A stretch of DNA of 64,000 nucleotides from the human T2T-CHM13v2.0 reference genome, Homo sapiens: the NCBI RefSeq assembly GCF_009914755.1, contig NC_060940.1; one strand, written 5' to 3'. The notes beneath the pieces were generated by a model, which made no database searches, had not been told where the DNA came from, and saw only the letters and a list, made by a program, of their open reading frames with translations. The position numbers and the translations under genes were made by a program. Of this stretch, positions 11,533 through 25,940 are shown in pieces (position 1 is the first letter of the stretch; every line of letters begins with the position of its first letter).

Positions 11533-14500
11533 ATGAATTCTCAGTAACTTCCTTGTGTTGTGTGTATTCAACTCACAGAGTTGAACGATCCTTTACACAG
11601 AGCAGATTTGAAACACTGTTTTTCTGGAATTTGCAAGTGGAGATTTCAGCCGCTTTGAGGTCAATGGTAGAAAAGGAAATATCTTCGTATAAAAACTAGA
11701 CAGAATGATTCTCAGAAACTCCTTTGTGATGTGTGCGTTCAACTCACAGAGTTTAACCTTTCTTTTCACAGAGCAGTTAGGAAACACTCTGTTTGTGAAG
11801 CCTGCCAGTGGATATTCGGACCTCTTTGAGGCCTTCGTTGGAAACGGGATTTCTTCATATTATGCTAGACAGAAGATTTCTCAGTAACTTCTTTGTGTTG
11901 TGTGTATGCAACTCACAGAGTTCAACCTTCCTTTAGACAGAGCAGATTTGAAACACTCTTTTTGTGGAATTTGCAAGTGGAGATTTCAAGCGCTTCGATG
12001 CCAATGGTAGAAAAGGAAATATCTTCGTATAAAAACAAGACAAACTCGTTCCCAGACACTGCGTAGTGATGTGTGTGTTTAACTCACAGAGTTTAACCTT
12101 TCTTTTCATACAGCATTCTGGAAACCCTCTGTTTGTAAAGTCTGCAAGTGGATATTTGGACCTCTTAGATGCCTTCGTTGGAAACGGGATTTCTTCATAT
12201 AATGCTAGAGGGAAGAATTCTTAGTAACTTCTTTGTGTTGTGTGTATTCAACTGACAGAGTTGAACCTTCCTTTAGACAGAGCAGATTTGAAAGTCTCTT
12301 TTTGTGGAATTTGCAAGTGGAGATTTCAAGCGCTTTGAGGCCAAAAGCAGAAAAGGAAATATTTTCCTATAAAACCTCGACAGAATCTTTCTCAGAAACT
12401 GCTCTGGGATGTGTGCGTTCAACTCACAGAGTTTAACTTTTCTTTTCATTCAGCAGTTTGGAAACACTCTGTTTGGAAAGTCTGCACGTGGATATTTTGA
12501 CCTCTTTGAGGCCTTCGTTGGAAACGGGTTTTTTTCATGTAAGGCTAGACAGAAGAAATCTCAGTAACTTCCTTGTGTTGTGTGTATTCAACTGACAGAG
12601 TTGAACCTTCCTTTAGACAGAGCAGATTCGAAACACTCTTTTTCTGCAATTTGCAAGTGGAGACTTCAAGCGCTTTGAGGCCAAAGGCAGAAAAGGAAAT
12701 ATCTTCGTATAAAAACCCGACAGAATCATTCTCAGAAACTGCTCTGTGATGTGTGCGTTCAACTCACAGAGTTTAACTTTTCTTTTCATTCAGCAGTTTG
12801 GAAACACTCTGTTTGTAAAGTCTGCAAGTGGATATCTTGGCCTCTTAGAGGCCTTCGTTGGAAACGGGTTTTTTCATGTAAGGATAGACAGAGGAATTCC
12901 CAGTAACTTCCTTGTGTTGTGTGCATTCAACTCACAGAGTTGAACGATTCTTTACACAGAGCAGATTTGAGACACTCTTTTGGTGGAATTTGTAAGTGGA
13001 GAATTCAGCCGCTTTGAGGTCAACGGTAGAAAAGGAAATATCTTCGTATAAAAACTAGACAGAATGATTCTCAGAAACTGTTTTGTGATGTGTGCGTTCA
13101 ACTCACAGAGTTTAACCTTTCTTTTCAGAGAGCAGTTAGGAAACACTCTGTAAAGTCTGCAAGTGGATATTCAGACCTCTTTGAGGCCTTCCTTGGAAAC
13201 GGGATTTCTTCATATTATGCTAGACAGATGAATTCTCAGTAACTTCCTTGTGTTGTGTGTATTCAACTCACAGAGTTGAACGATCCTTTACACAGAGCAG
13301 ATTTGAAACACTGTTTTTCTGGAATTTGCAAGTGGAGATTTCAGCCGCTTTGAGGTCAATGGTAGAAAAGGAAATATCTTCGTATAAAAACTAGACAGAA
13401 TGATTCTCAGAAACTCCTTTGTGATGTGTGCGTTCAACTCACAGAGTTTAACCTTTCTTTTCACAGAGCAGTTAGGAAACACTCTGTTTGTGAAGCCTGC
13501 CAGTGGATATTCGGACCTCTTTCAGGCCTTCGTTGGAAACGGGATTTCTTCATATTATGCTAGACAGAAGATTTCTCAGTAACTTCTTTGTGTTGTGTGT
13601 ATGCAAATCACAGAGTTCAACCTTCCTTTAGACAGAGCAGATTTGAAACACTCTTTTTGTGGAATTTGCAAGTGGAGATTTCAAGCGCTTCGATGCCAAT
13701 GGTAGAAAAGGAAATATCTTCGTATAAAAACAAGACAAACTCGTTCCCAGACACTGCGTAGTGATGTGTGTGTTTAACTCACAGAGTTTCACCTTTCTTT
13801 TCATACAGCATTCTGGAAACCCTCTGTTTGTAAAGTCTGCAAGTCGATATTTGGACCTCTTAGATGCCTTCGTTGGAAACGGGATTTCTTCATATAATGC
13901 TAGAGGGAAGAATTCTTAGTAACTTCTTTGTGTTGTGTGTATTCAACTGACAGAGTTGAACCTTCCTTTAGACAGAGCAGATTTGAAAGTCTCTTTTTGT
14001 GGAATTTGCAAGTGGAGATTTCAAGCGCTTTGAGGCCAAAAGCAGAAAAGGAAATATTTTCCTATAAAACCTCGACAGAATCTTTCTCAGAAACTGCTCT
14101 GGGATGTGTGCGTTCAACTCACAGAGTTTAACTTTTCTTTTCATTCAGCAGTTTGGAAACACTCTGTTTGGAAAGTCTGCACGTGGATATTTTGACCTCT
14201 TTGAGGCCTTCGTTGGAAACGGGTTTTTTTCATGTAAGGCTAGACAGAAGAAATCTCAGTAACTTCCTTGTGTTGTGTGTATTCAACTGACAGAGTTGAA
14301 CCTTCCTTTAGACAGAGCAGATTCGAAACACTCTTTTTCTGCAATTTGCAAGTGGAGACTTCAAGCGCTTTGAGGCCAAAGGCAGAAAAGGAAATATCTT
14401 CGTATAAAAACCCGACAGAATCATTCTCAGAAACTGCTCTGTGATGTGTGCGTTCAACTCACAGAGTTTAACTTTTCTTTTCATTCAGCAGTTTGGAAAC

Positions 14501-16279
14501 ACTCTGTTTGTAAAGTCTGCAAGTGGATATCTTGGCCTCTTAGAGGCCTTCGTTGGAAACGGGTTTTTTCATGTAAGGATAGACAGAGGAATTCCCAGTA
14601 ACTTCCTTGTGTTGTGTGCATTCAACTCACAGAGTTGAACGATTCTTTACACAGAGCAGATTTGAGACACTCTTTTGGTGGAATTTGTAAGTGGAGAATT
14701 CAGCCGCTTTGAGGTCAACGGTAGAAAAGGAAATATCTTCGTATAAAAACTAGACAGAATGATTCTCAGAAACTGTTTTGTGATGTGTGCGTTCAACTCA
14801 CAGAGTTTAACCTTTCTTTTCAGAGAGCAGTTAGGAAACACTCTGTAAAGTCTGCAAGTGGATATTCAGACCTCTTTGAGGCCTTCGTTGGAAACGGGAT
14901 TTCTTCATATTATGCTAGACAGATGAATTCTCAGTAACTTCCTTGTGTTGTGTGTATTCAACTCACAGAGTTGAACGATCCTTTACACAGAGCAGATTTG
15001 AAACACTGTTTTTCTGGAATTTGCAAGTGGAGATTTCAGCCGCTTTGAGGTCAATTGTAGAAAAGGAAATATCTTCGTATAAAAACTAGACAGAATGATT
15101 CTCAGAAACTCCTTTGTGATGTGTGCGTTCAACTCACAGAGTTTAACCTTTCTTTTCACAGAGCAGTTAGGAAACACTCTGTTTGTGAAGCCTGCCAGTG
15201 GATATTCGGACCTCTTTCAGGCCTTCGTTGGAAACGGGATTTCTTCATATTATGCTAGACAGAAGATTTCTCAGTAACTTCTTTGTGTTGTGTGTATGCA
15301 ACTCACAGAGTTCAACCTTCCTTTAGACAGAGCAGATTTGAAACACTCTTTTTGTGGAATTTGCAAGTGGAGATTTCAAGCGCTTCGATGCCAATGGTAG
15401 AAAAGGAAATATCTTCATATAAAAACAAGACAAACTCGTTCCCAGACACTGCGTAGTGATGTGTGTGTTTAACTCACAGAGTTTAACCTTTCTTTTCATA
15501 CAGCATTCTGGAAACCCTCTGTTTGTAAAGTCTGCAAGTCGATATTTGGACCTCTTAGATGCCTTCGTTGGAAACGGGATTTCTTCATATAATGCTAGAG
15601 GGAAGAATTCTTAGTAACTTCTTTGTGTTGTGTGTATTCAACTGACAGAGTTGAACCTTCCTTTAGACAGAGCAGATTTGAAAGTCTCTTTTTGTGGAAT
15701 TTGCAAGTGGAGATTTCAAGCGCTTTGAGGCCAAAAGCAGAAAAGGAAATATTTTCCTATAAAACCACGACAGAATCTTTCTCAGAAACTGCTCTGGGAT
15801 GTGTGCGTTCAACTCACAGAGTTTAACTTTTCTTTTCATTCAGCGTTTGGAAACACTCTGTTTGGAAAGTCTGCCTTGGATATTTTGACCTCTTTGAGGC
15901 CTTCGTTGGAAACGGGTTTTTTTCATGTAAGGCTAGACAGAAGAAATCTCAGTAACTTCCTTGTGTTGTGTGTATTCAACTGACAGAGTTGAACCTTCCT
16001 TTAGACAGAGCAGATTCGAAACACTCTTTTTCTGCAATTTGCAAGTGGAGACTTCAAGCGCTTTGAGGCCAAAGGCAGAAAAGGAAATATCTTCGTATAA
16101 GAACCCGACAGAATCATTCTCAGAAACTGCTCTGTGATGTGTGCGTTCAACTCACAGAGTTTAACTTTTCTTTTCATTCAGCAGTTTGGAAACACTCTGT
16201 TTGTAAAGTCTGCAAGTGGATATCTTGGCCTCTTAGAGGCCTTCGTTGGAAACGGGTTTTTTCATGTAAGGATAGACAG

Positions 16280-19200
16280 AGGAATTCCCAGTAACTTCCT
16301 TGTGTTGTGTGCATTCAACTCACAGAGTTGAATGATTCTTTACACAGAGCAGATTTGAGACACTCTTTTGGTGGAATTTGTAAGTGGAGAATTCAGCCGC
16401 TTTGAGGTCAACGGTAGAAAAGGAAATATCTTCGTATAAAAACTAGACAGAATGATTCTCAGAAACTGTTTTGTGATGTGTGCGTTCAACTCACAGAGTT
16501 TAACCTTTCTTTTCAGAGAGCAGTTAGGAAACACTCTGTAAAGTCTGCAAGTGGATATTCAGACCTCTTTGAGGCCTTCGTTGGAAACGGGATTTCTTCA
16601 TATTATGCTAGACAGATGAATTCTCAGTAACTTCCTTGTGTTGTGTGTATTCAACTCACAGAGTTGAACGATCCTTTACACAGAGCAGATTTGAAACACT
16701 GTTTTTCTGGAATTTGCAAGTGGAGATTTCAGCCGCTTTGAGGTCAATGGTAGAAAAGGAAATATCTTCGTATAAAAACTAGACAGAATGATTCTCAGAA
16801 ACTCCTTTGTGATGTGTGCGTTCAACTCACAGAGTTTAACCTTTCTTTTCACAGAGCAGTTAGGAAACACTCTGTTTGTGAAGCCTGCCAGTGGATATTC
16901 GGACCTCTTTCAGGCCTTCGTTGGAAACGGGATTTCTTCATATTATGCTAGACAGAAGATTTCTCAGTAACTTCTTTGTGTTGTGTGTATGCAACTCACA
17001 GAGTTCAACCTTCCTTTAGACAGAGCAGATTTGAAACACTCTTTTTGTGGAATTTGCAAGTGGAGATTTCAAGCGCTTCGATGCCAATGGTAGAAAAGGA
17101 AATATCTTCATATAAAAACAAGACAAACTCGTTCCCAGACACTGCGTAGTGATGTGTGTGTTTAACTCACAGAGTTTAACCTTTCTTTTCATACAGCATT
17201 CTGGAAACCCTCTGTTTGTAAAGTCTGCAAGTCGATATTTGGACCTCTTAGATGCCTTCGTTGGAAACGGGATTTCTTCATATAATGCTAGAGGGAAGAA
17301 TTCTTAGTAACTTCTTTGTGTTGTGTGTATTCAACTGACAGAGTTGAACCTTCCTTTAGACAGAGCAGATTTGAAAGTCTCTTTTTGTGGAATTTGCAAG
17401 TGGAGATTTCAAGCGCTTTGAGGCCAAAAGCAGAAAAGGAAATATTTTCCTATAAAACCTCGACAGAATCTTTCTCAGAAACTGCTCTGGGATGTGTGCG
17501 TTCAACTCACAGAGTTTAACTTTTCTTTTCATTCAGCAGTTTGGAAACACTCTGTTTGGAAAGTCTGCCTTGGATATTTTGACCTCTTTGAGGCCTTCGT
17601 TGGAAACGGGTTTTTTTCATGTAAGGCTAGACAGAAGAAATCTCAGTAACTTCCTTGTGTTGTGTGTATTCAACTGACAGAGTTGAACCTTCCTTTAGAC
17701 AGAGCAGATTCGAAACACTCTTTTTCTGCAATTTGCAAGTGGAGACTTCAAGCGCTTTGAGGCCAAAGGCAGAAAAGGAAATATCTTCGTATAAGAACCC
17801 GACAGAATCATTCTCAGAAACTGCTCTGTGATGTGTGCGTTCAACTCACAGAGTTTAACTTTTCTTTTCATTCAGCAGTTTGGAAACACTCTGTTTGTAA
17901 AGTCTGCAAGTGGATATCTTGGCCTCTTAGAGGCCTTCGTTGGAAACGGGTTTTTTCATGTAAGGATAGACAGAGGAATTCCCAGTAACTTCCTTGTGTT
18001 GTGTGCATTCAACTCACAGAGTTGAATGATTCTTTACACAGAGCAGATTTGAGACACTCTTTTGGTGGAATTTGTAAGTGGAGAATTCAGCCGCTTTGAG
18101 GTCAACGGTAGAAAAGGAAATATCTTCGTATAAAAACTAGACAGAATGATTCTCAGAAACTGTTTTGTGATGTGTGCGTTCAACTCACAGAGTTTAACCT
18201 TTCTTTTCAGAGAGCAGTTAGGAAACACTCTGTAAAGTCTGCAAGTGGATATTCAGACCTCTTTGAGGCCTTCGTTGGAAACGGGATTTCTTCATATTAT
18301 GCTAGACAGATGAATTCTCAGTAACTTCCTTGTGTTGTGTGTATTCAACTCACAGAGTTGAACGATCCTTTACACAGAGCAGATTTGAAACACTGTTTTT
18401 CTGGAATTTGCAAGTGGAGATTTCAGCCGCTTTGAGGTCAATGGTAGAAAAGGAAATATCTTCGTATAAAAACTAGACAGAATGATTCTCAGAAACTCCT
18501 TTGTGATGTGTGCGTTCAACTCACAGAGTTTAACCTTTCTTTTCACAGAGCAGTTAGGAAACACTCTGTTTGTGAAGCCTGCCAGTGGATATTCGGACCT
18601 CCTTCAGGCCTTCGTTGGAAACGGGATTTCTTCATATTATGCTAGACAGAAGATTTCTCAGTAACTTCTTTGTGTTGTGTGTATGCAACTCACAGAGTTC
18701 AACCTTCCTTTAGACAGAGCAGATTTGAAACACTCTTTTTGTGGAATTTGCAAGTGGAGATTTCAAGCGCTTCGATGCCAATGGTAGAAAAGGAAATATC
18801 TTCGTATAAAAACAAGACAAACTCGTTCCCAGACACTGCGTAGTGATGTGTGTGTTTAACTCACAGAGTTTAACCTTTCTTTTCATACAGCATGCTGGAA
18901 ACCCTCTGTTTGTAAAGTCTGCAAGTGGATATTTGGACCTCTTAGATGCCTTCGTTGGAAACGGGATTTCTTCATATAATGCTAGAGGGAAGAATTCTTA
19001 GTAACTTCTTTGTGTTGTGTGTATTCAACTGACAGAGTTGAACCTTCCTTTAGACAGAGCAGATTTGAAAGTCTCTTTTTGTGGAATTTGCAAGTGGAGA
19101 TTTCAAGCGCTTTGAGGCCAAAAGCAGAAAAGGAAATATTTTCCTATAAAAACTAGAGAGAATCATTCTCAGAAACTGCTCTGTGATGTGTGTGTTCAAC

Positions 19201-22200
19201 TCACAGAGTTTAACTTTCTTTTCATTCAGCAGTTTGGAAACACTCTGTTTGGAAAGTCTGCACGTGGATATTTTGACCTCTTTGAGGCCTTCGTTGGAAA
19301 CGGGTTTTTTTCATGTAAGGCTAGACAGAAGAAATCTCAGTAACTTCCTTGTGTTGTGTGTATTCAACTGACAGAGTTGAACCTTCCTTTAGACAGAGCA
19401 GATTCGAAACGCTCTTTTTCTGCAATTTGCAAGTGGAGACTTCAAGCGCTTTGAGGCCAAAGGCAGAAAAGGAAATATCTTCGTAGAAAAACCCGACAGA
19501 ATCATTCTCAGAAACTGCTCTGTGATGTGTGCGTTCAACTCACAGAGTTTAACTTTTCTTTTCATTCAGCAGTTTGGAAACACTCTGTTTGTAAAGTCTG
19601 CAAGTGGATATCTTGGCCTCTTAGAGGCCTTCGTTGGAAACGCGTTTTTTCATGTAAGGTTAGACAGAGGAATTCCCAGTAACTTCCTTGTGTTGTGTGC
19701 ATTCAACTCACAGAGTTGAATGATTCTTTACACAGAGCAGATTTGAGACACTCTTTTGGTGGAATTTGTAAGTGTAGAATTCAGCTGCTTTGAGGTCAAC
19801 GGTAGAAAAGGAAATATCTTCGTATAGAAACTAGACAGAATGATTCTCAGAAACTGTTTTGTGATGTGTGCGTTCAACTCACAGAGTTTAACCTTTCTTT
19901 TCAAAGAGCAGTTAGGAAACACTCTGTTTGTAAAGTCTGCAAGTGGATATTCAGACCTCTTTGAAGCCTTCGTTGGAAACGGGATTTCATCATATTATGC
20001 TAGACAGATGAATTCTCAGTAACTTCCTTGTGTTGTGTGTATTCAACTCACAGAGTTGAACGATCCTTTACACAGAGCAGATTTGAAACACTGTTTTTCT
20101 GGAATTTGCAAGTGGAGATTTCAGCCGCTTTGAGGTCAATGGTAGAAAAGGAAATATCTTCGTATAAAAACTGGACAGAATGATTCTCAGAAACTCCTTT
20201 GTGATGTGTGCGTTCAACTCACAGAGTTTAACCTTTCTTTTCACAGAGCAGTTAGGAAACACTCTGTTTGTGAAGCCTGCCAGGGGATATTCGGACCTCT
20301 TTGAGGCCTTCGTTGGAAACGGGATTTCTTCATATTTTGCTAGACAGAAGATTTCTCAGTAACTTCTTTGTGTTGTGTGTATACAGCTCACAGAGTTCAA
20401 CCTTCCTTTAGACAGAGCAGATTTGAAACACTCTTTTTGTGGAATTTGCAAGTGGAAATTTCAAGCGCATCGATGCCAATGGTAGAAAAGGAAATATCTT
20501 CGTATAAAAACAAGACAAACTCGTTCCCAGACACTGCGTAGTGATGTGTGTGTTTAACTCACAGAGTTTAACCTTTCTTTTCATACAGCATTCTGGAAAC
20601 CCTGTGTTTGTAAAGTCTGCAAGTGGATATTTGGACCTCTTAGATGCCTTCGTTGGAAACGGGATTTCCTCATATAATGCTAGAGGGAAGAATTCTTAGT
20701 AACTTCTTTGTGTTGTGTGTATTCAACTGACAGAGTTGAACCTTCCTTTAGACAGAGCAGATTTGAAAGTCTCTTTTTGTGGAATTTGCAAGTGGAGATT
20801 TCAAGCGCTTTGAGGCCGAAAGCAGAAAAGGAAATATTTTCTAATAAAAACTAGACAGAATCTTTCTCAGAAACTGCTCTGGGATGTGTGCGTTCAACTC
20901 ACAGAGTTTAACTTTTCTTTTCATTCAGCAGTTTGGAAACACTCTGTTTGGAAAGTCTGCACGTGGATATTTTGACCTCTTTGAGGCCTTCGTTGGAAAC
21001 GGGTTTTTTTCATGTAAGGCTAGACAGAAGAAATCTCAGTAACTTCCTTGTGTTGTGTGTATTCAACTGACAGAGTTGAACCTTCCTTTGACAGAGCAGA
21101 TTCGAAACACTCTTTTTCTGCAATTTGCAAGTGGAGACTTCAAGCGCTTTGAGGCCAAAGGCAGAAAAGGAAATATCTTCGTATAAAAACCCGACAGAAT
21201 CATTCTCAGAAACTGCTCTGTGATGTGTGCGTTCAACTCACAGAGTTTAACTTTTCTTTTCATTCAGCAGTTTGGAAACACTCTGTTTGTAAAGTCTGCA
21301 AGTGGATATCTTGGCCTCTTAGAGGCCTTCGTTGGAAACGGGTTTTTTCATTTAAGGTTAGACAGAGGAATTCCCAGTAACTTCCTTGTGTTGTGTGCAT
21401 TCAACTCACAGAGTTGAATGATTCTTTACACAGAGCAGATTTGAGACACTCTTTGGGTGGAATTTGTAAGTGGAGAATTCAGCCGCTTTGAGGTCAACGG
21501 TAGAAAAGGAAATATCTTCGTATAAAAACTAGACAGAATGATTCTCAGAAACTGTTTTGTGATGTGTGCGTTCAACTCACAGAGTTTAACCTTTCTTTTC
21601 AAAGAGCAGTTAGGAAACACTCTGTAAAGTCTGCAAGTGGATATTCAGACCTCTTTGAGGCCTTCGTTGGAAACGGGATTTCTTCATATTATGCTAGACA
21701 GATGAATTCTCAGTAACTTCCTTGTGTTGTGTGTATTCAACTCACAGAGTTGAACGATCCTTTACACAGAGCAGATTTGAAACACTGTTTTTCTGGAATT
21801 TGCAAGTGGAGATTTCAGCCGCTTTGAGGTCAATGGTAGAAAAGGAAATATCTTCGTATAAAAACTAGACAGAATGATTCTCAGAAACTCCTTTGTGATG
21901 TGTGCGTTCAACTCACAGAGTTTAACCTTTCTTTTCACAGAGCAGTTAGGAAACACTCTGTTTGTGAAGCCTGCCAGTGGATATTCGGACCTCTTTGAGG
22001 CCTTCGTTGGAAACGGGATTTCTTCATATTATGCTAGACAGAAGATTTCTCAGTAACTTCTTTGTGTTGTGTGTATGCAACTCACAGAGTTCAACCTTCC
22101 TTTAGACAGAGCAGATTTGAAACACTCTTTTTGTGGAATTTGCAAGTGGAGATTTCAAGCGCTTCGATGCCAATGGTAGAAAAGGAAATATCTTCGTATA

Positions 22201-25200
22201 AAAACAAGACAAACTCGTTCCCAGACACTGCGTAGTGATGTGTGTGTTTAACTCACAGAGTTTAACCTTTCTTTTCATACAGCATTCTGGAAACCCTCTG
22301 TTTGTAAAGTCTGCAAGTGGATATTTGGACCTCTTAGATGCCTTCGTTGGAAAAGGGATTTCTTCATATAATGCTAGAGGGAAGAATTCTTAGTAACTTC
22401 TTTGTGTTGTGTGTATTCAACTGACAGAGTTGAACCTTCCTTTAGACAGAGCAGATTTGAAAGTCTCTTTTTGTGGAATTTGCAAGTGGAGATTTCAAGC
22501 GCTTTGAGGCCAAAAGCAGAAAAGGAAATATTTTCCTATAAAAACTAGAGAGAATCATTCTCAGAAACTGCTCTGTGATGTGTGTGTTCAACTCACAGAG
22601 TTTAACTTTCTTTTCATTCAGCAGTTTGGAAACACTCTGTTTGGAAAGTCTGCACGTGGATATTTTGACCTCTTTGAGGCCTTCGTTGGAAACGGGTTTT
22701 TTTCATGTAAGGCTAGACAGAAGAAATCTCAGTAACTTCCTTGTGTTGTGTGTATTCAACTGACAGAGTTGAACCTTCCTTTAGACAGAGCAGATTCGAA
22801 ACGCTCTTTTTCTGCAATTTGCAAGTGGAGACTTCAAGCGCTTTGAGGCCAAAGGCAGAAAAGGAAATATCTTCGTAGAAAAACCCGACAGAATCATTCT
22901 CAGAAACTGCTCTGTGATGTGTGCGTTCAACTCACAGAGTTTAACTTTTCTTTTCATTCAGCAGTTTGGAAACACTCTGTTTGTAAAGTCTGCAAGTGGA
23001 TATCTTGGCCTCTTAGAGGCCTTCGTTGGAAACGCGTTTTTTCATGTAAGGTTAGACAGAGGAATTCCCAGTAACTTCCTTGTGTTGTGTGCATTCAACT
23101 CACAGAGTTGAATGATTCTTTACACAGAGCAGATTTGAGACACTCTTTTGGTGGAATTTGTAAGTGTAGAATTCAGCTGCTTTGAGGTCAACGGTAGAAA
23201 AGGAAATATCTTCGTATAGAAACTAGACAGAATGATTCTCAGAAACTGTTTTGTGATGTGTGCGTTCAACTCACAGAGTTTAACCTTTCTTTTCAAAGAG
23301 CAGTTAGGAAACACTCTGTTTGTAAAGTCTGCAAGTGGATATTCAGACCTCTTTGAAGCCTTCGTTGGAAACGGGATTTCATCATATTATGCTAGACAGA
23401 TGAATTCTCAGTAACTTCCTTGTGTTGTGTGTATTCAACTCACAGAGTTGAACGATCCTTTACACAGAGCAGATTTGAAACACTGTTTTTCTGGAATTTG
23501 CAAGTGGAGATTTCAGCCGCTTTGAGGTCAATGGTAGAAAAGGAAATATCTTCGTATAAAAACTGGACAGAATGATTCTCAGAAACTCCTTTGTGATGTG
23601 TGCGTTCAACTCACAGAGTTTAACCTTTCTTTTCACAGAGCAGTTAGGAAACACTCTGTTTGTGAAGCCTGCCAGGGGATATTCGGACCTCTTTGAGGCC
23701 TTCGTTGGAAACGGGATTTCTTCATATTTTGCTAGACAGAAGATTTCTCAGTAACTTCTTTGTGTTGTGTGTATACAGCTCACAGAGTTCAACCTTCCTT
23801 TAGACAGAGCAGATTTGAAACACTCTTTTTGTGGAATTTGCAAGTGGAAATTTCAAGCGCATCGATGCCAATGGTAGAAAAGGAAATATCTTCGTATAAA
23901 AACAAGACAAACTCGTTCCCAGACACTGCGTAGTGATGTGTGTGTTTAACTCACAGAGTTTAACCTTTCTTTTCATACAGCATTCTGGAAACCCTGTGTT
24001 TGTAAAGTCTGCAAGTGGATATTTGGACCTCTTAGATGCCTTCGTTGGAAACGGGATTTCCTCATATAATGCTAGAGGGAAGAATTCTTAGTAACTTCTT
24101 TGTGTTGTGTGTATTCAACTGACAGAGTTGAACCTTCCTTTAGACAGAGCAGATTTGAAAGTCTCTTTTTGTGGAATTTGCAAGTGGAGATTTCAAGCGC
24201 TTTGAGGCCGAAAGCAGAAAAGGAAATATTTTCTAATAAAAACTAGACAGAATCTTTCTCAGAAACTGCTCTGGGATGTGTGCGTTCAACTCACAGAGTT
24301 TAACTTTTCTTTTCATTCAGCAGTTTGGAAACACTCTGTTTGGAAAGTCTGCACGTGGATATTTTGACCTCTTTGAGGCCTTCGTTGGAAACGGGTTTTT
24401 TTCATGTAAGGCTAGACAGAAGAAATCTCAGTAACTTCCTTGTGTTGTGTGTATTCAACTGACAGAGTTGAACCTTCCTTTAGACAGAGCAGATTCGAAA
24501 CACTCTTTTTCTGCAATTTGCAAGTGGAGACTTCAAGCGCTTTGAGGCCAAAGGCAGAAAAGGAAATATCTTCGTATAAAAACCCGACAGAATCATTCTC
24601 AGAAACTGCTCTGTGATGTGTGCGTTCAACTCACAGAGTTTAACTTTTCTTTTCATTCAGCAGTTTGGAAACACTCTGTTTGTAAAGTCTGCAAGTGGAT
24701 ATCTTGGCCTCTTAGAGGCCTTCGTTGGAAACGGGTTTTTTCATTTAAGGTTAGACAGAGGAATTCCCAGTAACTTCCTTGTGTTGTGTGCATTCAACTC
24801 ACAGAGTTGAATGATTCTTTACACAGAGCAGATTTGAGACACTCTTTGGGTGGAATTTGTAAGTGGAGAATTCAGCCGCTTTGAGGTCAACGGTAGAAAA
24901 GGAAATATCTTCGTATAAAAACTAGACAGAATGATTCTCAGAAACTGTTTTGTGATGTGTGCGTTCAACTCACAGAGTTTAACCTTTCTTTTCAAAGAGC
25001 AGTTAGGAAACACTCTGTAAAGTCTGCAAGTGGATATTCAGACCTCTTTGAGGCCTTCGTTGGAAACGGGATTTCTTCATATTATGCTAGACAGATGAAT
25101 TCTCAGTAACTTCCTTGTGTTGTGTGTATTCAACTCACAGAGTTGAACGATCCTTTACACAGAGCAGATTTGAAACACTGTTTTTCTGGAATTTGCAAGT

Positions 25201-25940
25201 GGAGATTTCAGCCGCTTTGAGGTCAATGGTAGAAAAGGAAATATCTTCGTATAAAAACTAGACAGAATGATTCTCAGAAACTCCTTTGTGATGTGTGCGT
25301 TCAACTCACAGAGTTTAACCTTTCTTTTCACAGAGCAGTTAGGAAACACTCTGTTTGTGAAGCCTGCCAGTGGATATTCGGACCTCTTTGAGGCCTTCGT
25401 TGGAAACGGGATTTCTTCATATTATGCTAGACAGAAGATTTCTCAGTAACTTCTTTGTGTTGTGTGTATGCAACTCACAGAGTTCAACCTTCCTTTAGAC
25501 AGAGCAGATTTGAAACACTCTTTTTGTGGAATTTGCAAGTGGAGATTTCAAGCGCTTCGATGCCAATGGTAGAAAAGGAAATATCTTCGTATAAAAACAA
25601 GACAAACTCGTTCCCAGACACTGCGTAGTGATGTGTGTGTTTAACTCACAGAGTTTAACCTTTCTTTTCATACAGCATTCTGGAAACCCTCTGTTTGTAA
25701 AGTCTGCAAGTGGATATTTGGACCTCTTAGATGCCTTCGTTGGAAAAGGGATTTCTTCATATAATGCTAGAGGGAAGAATTCTTAGTAACTTCTTTGTGT
25801 TGTGTGTATTCAACTGACAGAGTTGAACCTTCCTTTAGACAGAGCAGATTTGAAAGTCTCTTTTTGTGGAATTTGCAAGTGGAGATTTCAAGCGCTTTGA
25901 GGCCAAAAGCAGAAAAGGAAATATTTTCCTATAAAAACTA
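16280..25940 (+). repeat. ~9.7-kb block near-identical to 1-9660 (offset 16279-16280)
   Basis: Private variants are shared at offset 16280: CCTCCTTCAGG 2321/18601, CATGCTGG 2611/18891, 1-bp deletion CCTTTGACAG 4809/21089, AAAAGGG 6074/22354. Confidence 0.88.
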
